From: Octopus sinensis
Lineage: Eukaryota
DNA length: 64,000 nucleotides
NCBI RefSeq assembly: GCF_006345805.1
Contig: NC_043002.1
Coordinates: forward strand, 27,342,001-27,406,000
Direction of reading: 5' to 3'
In this document: positions 39,510 through 53,055 of the stretch, in pieces
How the letters are laid out: every line of letters starts with the position of its first letter
How positions within the stretch are numbered: the first letter of the stretch is position 1
The notes under the pieces: generated by a model
Told to the model about the DNA's origin: nothing
The model's database searches: none
Seen by the model: only the letters and a program-made list of their open reading frames with translations
Translations under genes and position numbers: made by a program

Positions 39510-40550
39510 CTGTCTTCACATTCTGAGTTCAAATACCGCCGAGGTCGACTTTGCCTTTCATCCTTTCGGGGTCGATAAATTAAGTACCAGTTGCGGACTG
39601 GGATCTATCTAGTTGACTGGTCCCCCTCCCCCAAAATTTCGGGCCTTGTGTCTAGAGTAGAAAATAATATTAATTATTGATTATAAAGTTGGCACAAAGC
39701 CAGAAATTTTGGGGGTGGGTGTGGTAATTCGATTATATCGCCACCATTGTTCAAGTAGAGCTTATTTTATCGACCCAAAAAGGATGAAAGGCAAAGTCGA
39801 TCGCGTCGGAATTTGAACTCAGAACGTGAGACGGGCGAAATGTCGCCAAGTATTTTGCTCAACATCCTAACGATTCTGTCAACCAGCCGCTTTTTCCTCA
39901 TACCTAATCTTGGTTTCAAATATAGGCACGAGGATAGCAATTTCACGGGAGGAACTAAGTCAGTTACATCGACCCCAATGCTCAACTGGTACCTATTTTA
40001 TCGACCCCGAAAGATAAAAGGCAAAGTCGTCTCAGCAGAATTTGAACTGAGGACGCGAAGATTGGTCGAAAGCATTTCGCTTGGCGCACTAAAGATTTTC
40101 ACACCTCATCGCCTTTGCCTTATATTTCATATTAATTATTGACATCTCGTGCAAGGCTCCAACATTAATTAATATGGTATAATCGATCACGTGAATTTCA
40201 GTGATGTAGTATCTATTTTATCATCCACAGAACGGTGAGTGGCAGAGCACTTGTCTCTTTTGATTTTATGTCAGGACGTAAAGTGATTCACCAGAATGCC
40301 GGAGAAGATCTTCCTAAGGCTCTAATAATAGCTTATAGTCCATTCTTATTTTTCCGCACGGTCGGTAATTTTAAGGTTTGGAGTGGTTGATTATAACGAC
40401 CCAATGCTCAACTGATATTTATTTTACCATCCCAAATGGAGGAAAGGCAAAGTCGATCTCGGTGGCCTTTGACTCAGAACGTAAGGTCGGAGAAAATGAC
40501 GCTAAACATTTTGTCCAGCGCGGCAACAATTCTACCAGCTCGCCGTCTTA
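39510..40550. mobile_element. Cluster of SINE family 1 short-tail copies (+ 39510-39665; - 39690-39890, 39927-40115, ~40145-40300, 40378-40550)
   Basis: The core atgaaaggcaaagtcga..gaatttgaactcagaacg recurs at varying divergence. Confidence 0.8.
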
Positions 40551-41091
40551 CAATAACTTATTATATATATAAAAATATAGAAATATATAATGTTTTTTAT
40601 CAGTTTGATGACTCTATATGAGTTCGTCCAATTTTATATAACCTTTTACCCGCTATTACACAGATGATACTGATATCGGTCCTCCCGCGTTTTTATACAC
40701 CAAATGTTCTCTTAATGTGATCTAGAGACCCGAGCCATTACAGAAACACCCAAGCCAACTTTAATAAGCAACGACATCGAAGGCATTTTTCTGACTAATC
40801 TTGTTTCCGTCATAGAATGAGCCAATTGCTTCACTTATCTTGAAAACATTATGCTCACGTTTTCAAATAGATTGATTGTACACAAAACGATTGAATTGCT
40901 GAGTCAGATTTCTTACATCTCTCACGACTGCTTCATGTGATAGGCCATGCCATCATTGAGAATATATCCGAGAAAATCACATTTCCATCATAACATAGAC
41001 TGCATCTTCAGAGCCAGAAAACACACAAATAACTACAAATACTTTACAAAACTTGAATGAGACCCTTATAGGGTCAATGCATCTGCAACGG

Positions 41092-41719
41092 TGGTTTTTG
41101 AAGCTTTCGCTTTCATCTTTGGCAAGCGGTATTTTTACTCTTCTTTTATTCAAATATTTCATATTATACCTGCTTAGGTAGATGTCTTGCTAGCTACCCC
41201 ATTTTTACTGTTTTTAACAGTAATGATACTTTTATTTATTTGCTTTATATAAAAATACACGCACGAGCAATGCGATGAACACCCTAAAAAATAGGCCTAC
41301 CTTCAGGAGGTAATTCGAAGATAGTTTACATACCCCAATATCAATTGACTTCATGCTGTGCATGAGAGAACATGCTTTGCAATCATCAGTTGGAGACAGT
41401 AACATCTATTTCTAAAATATTCATTACATTAGCTTTTGTGCGTTTCTAACTTTAAACGTTCCGCTCCGTTTAAAGAGAAAATTATCGTAAACAAGAAAAA
41501 AGGAAATATATAAAAACATTATTACTGTTAAAAACAGTAATAATGATGTGACTAGCATGACTTCTACCTATGCATGTATAATATGAAATATTTGAATAAA
41601 AGACTGGTAAAAATACCGCATTTATTCAAATATTTTGCATTGCTTATGTGTGTATTTATCGCAGGATTGGTTTTTGAAGCTTTCACTTTCATCTTTGGCA
41701 AGCGGTATTTTTCCTCTTC
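41092..41719. repeat. ~110-bp inverted repeat (41126-41236 / 41510-41619) bracketed by a 52-bp direct repeat (41092-41143 / 41668-41719)
   Basis: Manual alignment of the arms and of the direct repeats. Confidence 0.85.
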
Positions 41720-41724
41720 TGATA

Positions 41725-41799
<75 letters not shown>

Positions 41800-41815
41800 T
41801 ATATATATATGTATG

Positions 41816-41915
<100 letters not shown>

Positions 41916-43253
41916 GTATACATATTCACACATGCATATGCACATGAATGCATACATACACCCATATATACACACAAACATGTACCTACATGCATACATG
42001 CATCCTATTACCAATCGTTTAAATGAAACTGACAATCTAGTTTCAAGCATCCTAATACCGAATGGGAGCCGACTTGAGCAGAGAGAAAATGTTATGAAGA
42101 GAAGATTAAAAAGATGAATTTTTAGCTGAGGTGAATGAGTAAAAGGAAGAAATAGAGGGACGTGAGTAGAGAGATTGATAGTCAACAAATAAGATTGCTG
42201 AGGAAACAGGCAAGCAATCAAGACTAAAATGTAGGGAAACGTGGAAGGAACAGTAAGAGTGAAATTTTGGGATAAGCAAAAATGATCTGATAGAGAGTTA
42301 GAAAAAAGGTAGTGCTGAAGAAAGGAGAGGCAATTTAGTGAGGTAGTAATAGAAAAACATAAATATACCACGTCAATAAATGAAAATTATGATTATATAT
42401 ATATGTATCTATACTCACGCATACTAGTATAATGTATATAATTATATATATGTACGCCTATATGTGTGTGTATTTGTGTGTATGAGAGAGAGAGAGGGGT
42501 TAGATAGGCCGGGAAGGAAAGATTGTATGATAACGAAGTATGGGTAAGATATGTTGGAAAATGAAGATGAACGATGGGTAGAAATTTAAGTAACATTATC
42601 AAGTTTCTAGGTAAAAAGAATATGAATAATTTAAGCAAAAATATATAAATACAGCAGAACATCAAAAGAAAAGATAAGTAAATTATATTAGGTTTTGCAA
42701 GTAGTACGCTAGTTAGTAATTAAATTATTATTTTGTTTAAGAGTTTAATGAAAATGTGTTATAATAAATAGAGGCTCTAATGCATAAGTAAATGCCAGAG
42801 CTGCTCTAATTGTGTTTATATGAATTTCTCGACACTATTCATCACTAAAACCTCTTCTTGTCGTATTAATTAGTTACGTAATGTTTGAGGTGTTAAATTA
42901 GCATTCTACTCACGTTTATCTGTAAGGTGACTCAAGTTATTTCAGATTGCCTGCAAACAAACCAAAATAAAAAAGAAATGCAAAAATTAATTAGAAATTT
43001 CGTTTACATTCATTTTCACAGTTGGACTCTTCATAACAGGAATATATCCAACATGTGTGTGTGTCTGTGCGTTTGGCTGTGTGCGTGCGTGTTTGTGTGT
43101 GTGTACATTGCATGTGTGTGTACCGATGTAAATATATGTGTCGCTCAAAATTTGGCATTTGATGTGAAGTTGCGACGCTTTACATCAAATAGAATCAAGT
43201 AACTCGATAAAAAGCGATCGATAAAATAAGTACTAAACAAACTACTGTGATCA

Positions 43254-43285
<32 letters not shown>

Positions 43286-44320
43286 TATATATATATTATA
43301 TATATATATATATAAATATATACAATATATATATATATTATATATATATATAATATATAATATATATATGTATATATATATATATATATAATATATAATA
43401 TATATATGTATGTATATATATATATATATCTGTATGTATGTATACGTACATGCATACTTGAACATACACTGTAAGAATATTTAAAACATGCAAATATTCC
43501 AGACGATTAGCATGTAAATAGAATCCACATATTCAATGACATAAGTGTGTACATGCATACAAGTGTACAGCGTACATAGATACATGAATACAAAACCACT
43601 CTGCTGATGCTGTCTAAGCACCGATGAAAGAACTTCGATTCTAGGCAACATTTCTGTTCTTTATCCTTTAGTTTGAAGTTCGAAAATTAAATAAAGTAAA
43701 AGATACCAACATTCCGAAAAGAGTAAAAAGACGTCGATGTACAGGAGTCAATTTCATTGAAGGCTCAACCCCATGATAAACACGAGTTAAGTCGAATCAA
43801 GTACGGAATAAAAACACTTATTTAAAGAATAGGATAAAGCTCCCTCCCGGCTTATATAGATTCATGAGGTTCCCGGTTTCTAAGGCGTCCGAAATTGCGA
43901 GGATGATCCGGTTCTTGACTGAAGATTAGAGGCTTCGAATGACCCGTCCGTGTTTTTTGTATCGTCTATTTGAATGTTTTGCGTTCTTGTCCCATTTTGT
44001 ATTTTTATATTTATATTATAGCGGCGTACGTACACCTTATTCTCTTATATCTCTCACTGGTCGGGACGCCGGTCTACTGCAAGATTACTGAATTTTGGCC
44101 AGCTGTGTATACTAGAGTCTAGAGCAACATGGAATGAAGCGTTCTGGTCAAGAACACAATGCATTCGCTAGTCCAGAAAACGAAACCACATTCTTACGAT
44201 CATGAGTCCAATGCCTTAACCATTAAGATATGAACTTCCACATAAAACACGAAATTAAAAGTGTTTATTTAATGTTTTCGTGAGAAATTGTCTGTTATAT
44301 AAATCAGATAATATACATAA

Positions 44321-44530
44321 TCTTTATATATAAAAGTGAGGTTGTGTGCTGTCTGTCTCCTACGATTTAGATTCCTAACTACTCCCACATTTTGCGATGC
44401 AGTTTAACCAAAACCGGGTATTTTATAGTCGTGATTCATATCGAGCCCTTCTGGGTATTAGCGCGCGTCTACAGTGAGTCTATGATTTTTTAAAAAATTT
44501 ACCATCAATTTGTCCCATTTTTAATGCTTT
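44321..44530 (+). mobile_element. Helitron-like non-autonomous element, 5' part
   Basis: Starts A|TCtttatatataaaagtgaggttgtgtg. I found no 3' CTAG/hairpin. Confidence 0.5.
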
Positions 44531-45819
44531 GCGTCACCTGCACCGTCAGGATCACTGCCCTAACTGTAGTGTCAGGCCATCAGTGATAAAAAGGCGTTAA
44601 AAAACAAAAACTTAAATCTTGTTTGTAGATTTTAACTTCGAAAATGAAACAATGTTCTAATAAACTCATTGCATATAATATTTTTCGGGATTCTCGCATA
44701 TATATTATCACACATGTAAATATTTGTCAAAGAAATGAAAATAGTTTATTTGTGAAGAACGTTCGGGGCTTGGCTCATTAACGAGAAATAAATTCATGTT
44801 TAGAGCAATATTATAATGAAATATAGTGATAGCTTAAATGATATACATGTAAATGAAGTGACTTCATACATATATGGATGTACGTGTGTATATTTGTTTA
44901 TATACATATATATGTGTCTATGTATAATTTATATATATATATATGCAATTTATATATGCATATATATATATATATATATATACATATACACGTGTATGCG
45001 TGTGTGTGTGTGTGTGTGTGTGTGTACGTCCATACATATATGAAATATATCTACTGCAGAGCTTATGATTATTGCTTCCGAAGCTGTAAAATAATGGTGT
45101 ATTACCTTCATCAGCAGATTGCAAAAATAGGAAACCTTAACAGAAAATTGCTGTTTATATACATAACCAGTGATATTTTGAATTTAGGACTGGAAATAAT
45201 TGAAATATCTCAAAATATCTTAAATACAATTAGTCTTTCAGCCTGTAACAATGTTATTTCTTTTTCCCGCTAATGGCTGCATATATTTCACTAATATATG
45301 TCGATATTTGTTTTATGTAGATATTGTTCCATTTTCTAGTGTCCTTTCATTTTAGCCATTAATATTTTCAATATCTTATTGCCTTAAACAATAATTAATT
45401 TCATGTTTATCGAGGGGATTTTTAGACGCTTGCTTCAAACAAACATTTTCGTTATATTTGCGAGATTATTTCTGTTCTTACTATACCACTCATTTCTTGA
45501 AGCTTATTTTAACTTATTTTTAATATTATCTGCGAATTTTACACTTACAGTTTCTTGCAACTGTATTTATTCTTTCTCAAGTAATTATAACGTAACATAA
45601 TTCGCGATTTAAGCTCCTTCAATTAATTTTTAATGTTAGTTTCCAAATTTCACCAGTTTTGTGTAGAAGCAGTAATTCTATATTCAAAGGTTTTGAATGT
45701 AGTTATCTGCAGATGAAGTTACGACACAAGATACTTTATTGTTGCACGAAACGTGAATTTATGCACGCAAAACATATTTAATAATGAGGTTAGTAAATTA
45801 TTGTTCTTTATTACATATA

Positions 45820-46053
45820 CAGGCTGTTCACAAAATCTTTAGACGATTTCAAAAAGTCATTACGGAAACCTTAGAAGAGGGAGCAACTTTGTAATGGTAT
45901 TAACACTTTAATTAATGCAATGTTTTATGTTTTGTTTCATTCATGAGACCGCAATTAATATTGTTTTTATGTTTTAGGTAATGGCTACTCTATAAATAAT
46001 GGTAGAGTGAGTGTCTTGGTTTATCATTTTCCTATGACTTTGTGGGCAGCCTG
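45820..46053. mobile_element. Tc1/mariner-type MITE (234 bp) with TA TSD
   Basis: Ends are ta|caggctgttcacaaaatc and gactttgtgggcagcctg|ta (18-bp TIR, 3 mismatches). Confidence 0.8.
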
Positions 46054-48421
46054 TATAACCTTGGACTTCGCAAAACTGGAACAGTCAAATTTACATGCGA
46101 TTACAAACTAGCTGTTTAATTATTTTAAAAATTAAGTACGCAGTAACTTTCAGTAATCTGAACTGCAAGATGTGACTATATTGATAGGGATAAAATTTCG
46201 GCCTATCTGCAAAGAAGAAATGATCTGAATAAACTGCATATTCCCACCATATTATGGTCTGGAATAACGGAATCAATTCTACGAGGTTTTGCCTAAAATA
46301 GGATAGATTTGATCCCGTCATTGTGTTGAAAGGCTTTTCATGAAACGCATAGACACGTAATTCAAAGAATGGTAGAATAAACCGTCAATGCGAAACTTGA
46401 TGTTACAGTCATGATGAAGTTAATAACAAATTTTACTCTTTTTTCAGTATTGAGTTAGCTTGTCAGCAAAAGTCCTGTGCTTTTTAACTAGCTTTCATAT
46501 AACAATTTCACTTTAACATATTCTTATATATTTATAAAATATATAAATAAATGTATTAGCTCGTGTGTGTGTGTGCGTGTGCGTATGCGTGTGCTTAAGT
46601 GTGTGCGCACGCTTGAGTGTAAGTATTCATGGATGTACGTATGTATATTCCTCAAAATAAATTAGTTTTGTTTTCTAGGCCTCATTATATTCTATTATTT
46701 TATTACAGTAAACACGAACTAATTTAATATTTATCGAGCTCTCTCCTGAAATGATTTGCACGAATAAACCATTTTTTTTCATATTTACTAGACAATCATT
46801 CCCAATAATTACTATTTTACTCATGTCTATAAAATTATTTTAAATTGTTTTCAGAATTATTTATATTTACGAAAGTATTGTTTTTAAAAACTTTTCACAA
46901 GAAAATTTATCGCTTAAGAATTCTCAATATTTTCTGCCCCTCCCAATACATTCCAGAACACAAGGTTAAACTGTGGGTTTGACAGGCTCTTTAAATCTAA
47001 TCGCCAATCGATCTGGAGATGGCTCTCAATGAAACTAGTAACCCCAGCAGGCTCAAATCTGTTTCAAACGAAGGGGGTGAACATTAAACATGGTCGGCAA
47101 ATTTCATACCGATACTCTCTTAAAATACATCGGTAGCATATAACCGTAAACATCATCATCTTCACGTGAGCGTATTATGCCGTGTTTAAATCTAAACGAA
47201 AATAGTGAAAATTAGACTCGAGTAGCTGGTGAAGGCTTCAAACTCTGGAGGTGCTCTGCAGCATAGAAGAGACGACCCGGTCGTCATCCAATTACTGTTG
47301 TGGAAAAAGTTATAGGAGATAAGTAAATATATCAACGGAATATTTTCTAGGAAGTGAACTAAGGAAGCAAGGATTCTAAAGAGAAAAACTAGTCTGATTA
47401 TCAATCTAGTACTCTGTATCAGGAACGGAAAATATCTCTCTGACTTCGAAATTGAAGGAATATAGAGAAATGTGTATCCAGAATTAAATGGAGCAGCATA
47501 TCACAATCGGATATTTGACAATAATCCCTTTAAGAATCAGGCGAATGCGACCGAGGTAAACAACTAGAATACGATACTGGCAGTTGAAATGCAAGCAAGA
47601 AACGTACAAGGGAAAAGGAATTCGTCGAGAATCGCATCGATGAAGAGCGGCTAGAAATTCGGGAAAGAAAGTAGGCTATAAGTGATAAAGTCGGAGGACC
47701 TAGAATCAATCAATCTGCGGAAAATGGGGCACTATGAATAAAGATTAAGGAAAAAGCAACATAAATTAACATTGTGATAGTTGAGATTACGTGAGAAATC
47801 TTGTAATCAACCTATTGATTGTAGCAGGTACTATTGTTGTTGCGGAATTGTTGGGAAAGAAAAGGATAAAATGACCAGCCGATGCCCTGTGGCAAAAGGT
47901 GAATACGAATGAAGATCAGTGGCCTTATGAACGATATAAGTCAATTGGACAAGTAGAAAGAAAGAAGAGAAAGATAAAATAGTTTAAATGTATCGCATAA
48001 AGAAGACAAGAAATTGTGACGACCATAAAACTAGCTGAGTGAGTAAAAGTAAAAGTTGTTATGATCGGTAATTTTTGCATATTTCAAGCAAATCAGAAAC
48101 CTATTTATTATTCTTGAAGGAAAAGAAAGAAGTGGTTTCATAGGTACGAAATTGGGTACAAAATTCAGTTTAATCTACCAGATTTACATATAAGCGGAAC
48201 AAAGGTAATTTTAAGTGCACTTTTGCTTAGACTAAAATGTCAAAAGTATTATATATACAAATACGGCGGCGTCCACTCTGTCCCTCTTACTGTTCTGTTT
48301 ACGACGAAGTTGTATCATCAACATGATAGATGTTTGAGACTTTCTCTCTTAATAATTTTAATTTAGATAACCTACATACGCAAAGACTGCAAAAATATGT
48401 TGGTATACCGAATAGTGTGGA

Positions 48422-48727
48422 GGTGCAATGGCCCAGTGGTTAGTGCAGCGGACCGGCGGTCGGAGGATCGCGGTTTCAATACCCAGACCGGGCGTTGTGT
48501 GTGTTTATTGAACGAAAACACCTAAAGCTCCACGAGGCTCTGGCAGGGGGTGGTGGCGACCCCTGTTGTACTCTTTCGCCCCGACTCTCTCTCACTTTTT
48601 CGTCCTGTTTCTTGAGTAACGCTGCGATGGACTGGTGTCCCGTCCAGCTGGGGGAACACATACACCATAGAAACCGGGAAACCGGGCCCATGAGCCTGAC
48701 TAGGCTTGAAAAGAACGCATAAAAAAA
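48422..48727 (+). mobile_element. tRNA-headed SINE family 4
   Basis: The head is gtgcaatggcccagtggttag..ggtttcaataccc. It has a V-SINE-like segment ctgcgatggactggtgtcccgtccag and an A-rich tail. Confidence 0.75.
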
Positions 48728-49559
48728 TTTTTTAAATACCGAATAGTAAAAGTTAGTACAACTAAATGAGTATATATCCAAAATAAAATTCCACTGCGGC
48801 AGATATAAGAAAGAATTATTTAATATTGAAAGATAGTCTTAAAAAAACACTGTCACAAATTACCAAACATTTAATTATGTGTCGATTCCTAACTCGGGTA
48901 ACTGTACAGGAGTTATACTGAGACTATGAGAAAGATCAATTTCAGATTGACAAGATGGTCTTGAAAACGTACGGTAAGTTATATATAATTTTGCAAAGCG
49001 AGTGCGCTAGTCACATAAAAGCATAAAAATAATCATACACTCGGCTATCACTTGATGCCTCGAACTGATAAATCGACAAACTTGCTTTCCACTTAGGACA
49101 ATTGTCCTTCTCTACTGCCTAGTCTGTACTCTTTACTCGGGTATCACTTTTAAACGTGGCCTCTGCTCAAACATAAATTTCATTATCCCCACTATTATTA
49201 GTAAAGTTGTTTTACTCTCACAATGGTGTACTGTTCCAAAATATCCTCATGATCTTTTTAGGGTCTGTAGCATACTCCACAAAGTTCAACACCATCCTCA
49301 ACTATGCAGCAAAGATGAAAGCAAGCATTTATGGACAACCACAACAATATTTCTGTCGTGGTTCACATGTGTTCATACACACTTCCATATCAGTATGTGG
49401 GTAAGGGTGATGCGCACCAGATACACCAGCATCGTTCAGTCTTCCTTTTTTCTCAGCTATAATCCCCAAGCACACACTTCTATCGGCCCTGCCTCGTCGA
49501 TGGAAAACCTGCTTTAACACACATCGACAAATGTTTGTCCGAAAATATTTTCACATTTT

Positions 49560-50100
49560 TTCTGCACTCGGTTTTTGAAAAATACTATAATTCCTCTGAC
49601 GAAACTGGACTAACTTTTTGAAATATTCCCGAGATATTTTTTCTTGAGTGAAATTTTTATAGTAGCATATCATTTCTGGGTCGCAAAAGTACCGAAAATG
49701 TATTCACTGCAGTAGTTGCTTTTCTTATTAATGTTTACGCTTTTTCCAGTTTATTTTGTCAATCAGTGTATTTTTCATATTTACGAAAGTACTGCTTTGA
49801 TCAATTGTCATATTCTGCTGTTTTTCTTTTGAAGAGCTCGATATTGTTCTTTTCAAAATGTCAAACGTTTTCTTGTAAATGTTTTGAGGCATACTCGTTA
49901 CTATTATCTTTATGGCTAGCAACCCATCCTGCTACCCCCAGATGATACAAATATTCACTATTAAAAAGATGCAATTGTTCTTAGGAAAGAAAAGTATTAT
50001 AAGTGACTGAGTAAAAACGTTACGAATCACCCAAGCGAAATGGAGTAGACCATCAAAAAACCTAAACTTTGTTGGCAGCAAGAACAAAGGAAAATATTTT
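49560..50100 (+). mobile_element. Possible pogo/Tigger-like transposase relic
   Basis: About 49580-49720 translates to YYNSSDETGLTF*NIP...GRKSTENVFTAVV, resembling N.DETGL..GRK of DDE_1 transposases. No TIRs seen. Confidence 0.3.
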
Positions 50101-50191
50101 CTGGTAAAGAAATGTGATAAAAATATTTCCAACTTCACAAGATGTCCTTATTTAGTGAATAACAGCAAAAGCAACAATAGCTGCTACAACT

Positions 50192-50248
<57 letters not shown>

Positions 50249-50285
50249 GTCGTCGTCGTCGTCATCAGCGTCATTGTTGTTGTTA

Positions 50286-50332
<47 letters not shown>

Positions 50333-50362
50333 AACAGCAACAACAGCAACAACAACAACAAC

Positions 50363-50402
<40 letters not shown>

Positions 50403-50404
50403 TT

Positions 50405-50859
50405 TATAAAGATCTTGAAATAGAAATCAGCATAAACTGAGCAAATATAAAGATCTTGAAATAGAAATCAGCAAAATGTGGAAGCTGAAGACTAAAACAA
50501 TACCTGTTGTCATAGGTGCCCTGGGAATGATAGCAAAAGGGGCAGATAGCTACCTAACTCAGATACCAGGAAACCCAAAATGGCAGAAATTCAAAAGATA
50601 GTGCTCATGGGAACTGCTCATATCCTACGGAAAATACTTTCTATGTAATCTCAAGGTTAAACAAAACATAATTTTCGGTTTAAAAAAAAAAAAAAAAAAA
50701 AATTTTTTTAGACATTCATTAGTACAACACCCCCACCCCCCAAATATATGGCACACTAGGCCATATGAACAACATGAACTTCCAACCCTGTTGTCTCTTG
50801 AGGTCTCTGGGTGAGACTTGGAGCCAACTTGTACAAATATAAAGCAAAAGTCAAACATA

Positions 50860-50860
<1 letters not shown>
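50405..50860 (+). mobile_element. R4/Dong-clade 3' end inserted in (AAT)n
   Basis: Translates to KLSKYKDLEIEISKMWKLKTKTIPVVIGALGMIAKG..IQKIVLMGTAHILRKILSM* (stop at 50646-50648). A 3' UTR follows, and (AAT)n lies on both sides. Confidence 0.92.
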
Positions 50861-50896
<36 letters not shown>

Positions 50897-50897
<1 letters not shown>

Positions 50898-51702
50898 TCC
50901 TGAAGTGGACAGAAGAGGAGCTAAAGGAGATGGACAAGAAGTCAAGAAAGATCATAATGATGCACGGAGCCCATCATCCACGTTCAGGCACTGATCGCCA
51001 ATAGATGATGGGAGCAAATGGAGGAATGGGACTGATAAGAGTGGAAGACTGCTTAAGTATCGAACTTGAGAGTTTAATGAGATACCTAGCCCAAGGTAAG
51101 GAAACCTTGCTATTGGCTGTTAGGAACGAAGGAGTACTGAGAGAGAGAAAAAAGGGAAAATAAAAAAGAAGTACAAAATGACATGAAGAAGAATTACGTA
51201 AGACGGGATTACACCAGAAGAGAAGTTGCTGGGAAAAATAGGTATGATTGGCTGATGAAAGGAATCCTAAAAAAAGAGACCGAGAGCATTATATTGGCAG
51301 CACAGGAACAAGCTCTGGCCACGAACTAGAGAGTAGGCCTGAAGAATGAGCAAGTGTCTCCATTGTGCCGCATCTGCGATAGTGGATGAAACCATTGCCC
51401 ATATCACGAACGAATGCCCTACACTTTACCAAAACCATTACAAGTTGCGTCGACATGACCAGGTGACAAACATTGGGACTAGAGGGAGGCAAGTCGTGGT
51501 ATGAGCACAAACCACAAAGAGTGGTGGAGTCGGAGACTAGAAAAATCGTCTGAGAGTTCCTAATCCACACAGATCAGTACTGGAGCTTATCATACCGGAC
51601 CTAGCGGTGGCTGATGACGTAATCCGTATATGCTATATAGTTGATTTTGCATGTCTCTTTCACCCACGAATAGTTAAATGGAAGGGGAAAACATAGATAG
51701 AT

Positions 51703-51761
<59 letters not shown>

Positions 51762-51775
51762 GACGATAGATAGAC

Positions 51776-51868
<93 letters not shown>

Positions 51869-52170
51869 CAACCCTCTTAAGTAAGAAATCGCCCGGCTAT
51901 GGACAAATGAAGGTGAAGATAGTGCCAATTATTGTTGGGTGCTCTGAAACGCATTGATGCCTAGAAGGCATCAATGGGAATATAAAGGAAATTAAAATAA
52001 AGTTCCCAGTAGAATTCTTACAAAACGTTTGCATCCTTGGCACGGCCAGAATAATCAGAAAAGTATTAGATAACTGAAAATAACAAATAGCATGGTGCCG
52101 TAGGCTGTAGGTAGTAAGCACGCTGCGCATGCAAAAATCCAGGTGCTCCAACAATACTTGTGGCAAAGAG
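50897..52170 (+). mobile_element. R4/Dong-clade fragment (different subfamily), interrupted by a GATA/GACA array
   Basis: Translates to LKWTEEELKEMDKKSRK..HHPRS.TDR..LKKETESIILAAQEQAL..CRIC..ETIAHITNEC..RRHDQV..WYEHKPQ..ILGTARIIRKVLDN*. It is flanked by (AAT)n. Confidence 0.92.
51693..51868. repeat. (GATA)n/(GACA)n array inside the R4 ORF
   Basis: Directly visible; the R4 translation resumes after it. Confidence 0.95.
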
Positions 52171-52212
52171 AATAATAATAACAACAACAACAACAACAGC
52201 AACAACAACAAC

Positions 52213-52241
<29 letters not shown>

Positions 52242-52243
<2 letters not shown>

Positions 52244-52773
52244 GCCCTGATGCAGTACCAGTCCGTGGTTCTCCTGGCTTCTGATCTTAACTGACTGGAA
52301 GTGACATCAAGTACATTTTTTTTTTGTCGTGGTATAAAACATGGACTACAGCAAATACTGTCCTCGATACCACAGATTTGCTTGTCAGTTGTTTGACCTT
52401 AACCAGCTGACCATGTCCCTTAGTAGCTGATGATATGTGCATCTTTGATTACGAGCAAAATTAGTGGGGGAGCATCATAGCCACGCGTTTAGAGTATCCG
52501 GAAACGAGTGTATTCCATTCAACATCCTTAAATAACACATATTCAGCGATTTCTTGAGTTTGATTGGCCACTCAACCAGAAGAGAATTCTAAAGTGGGCC
52601 CCAACTGCAAGGTCATGTGCTATTTATCTTGATGTGAGATCACCTTGTCGTGCACATATGGTTGTGATGCATGTACCTGGTGTACCCTTATCAGACGAGT
52701 AGTCATGATGGGTATATTGGGCCTCGTATACTTTACCCCAGTGTCACTGATGGCATGCACAGCACTCTCACTC
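52242..52773 (+). mobile_element. ~540-bp non-coding AAT-tailed interspersed element (copy 2)
   Basis: Structure is (AAT)n-atgccctgatgcagtacc ... gcactctcactc-(AAT)n. Homologous to 13035-13583. Confidence 0.85.
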
Positions 52774-52810
<37 letters not shown>

Positions 52811-52817
52811 GCAACAC

Positions 52818-53027
52818 TTTCTACTATAGTCACAAAGCCTCAAATTTGGGGGAGGGGATAGTCGATTTCATGGACCCCAATGTTTTATACTGGTACTTAA
52901 TTTAGCGACCCCGAAAGGATAAATGGTAAGGTTGATCTCGGCGGAATCTGAACTCAGAACACAAAGTCAGACGAAACGTCGCTAAGCATTGTGCCCGGTG
53001 TGCTAACGATTCTACCAGCTTGCCGCC
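52818..53027 (-). mobile_element. SINE family 1 short-tail copy between AAT arrays
   Basis: Has a full head, core and tail on the minus strand. Confidence 0.85.
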
Positions 53028-53055
53028 TGATAACGATGATGACGATGATGATGAC

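Noticed and set aside
47150-48010. Purine-rich stretch suggestive of an old RTE-like LINE
   Set aside because: The putative motifs are not spaced consistently with RTE ORFs, so I could not support the call.
52242-52400. HDV-like ribozyme at the 5' end of the 540-bp element
   Set aside because: A P1-like helix (gtaccagg/cttggtat in the 13 kb copy) can be drawn, but P1.1 and the catalytic J4/2 cytosine could not be placed. I left it as a test, not a claim.
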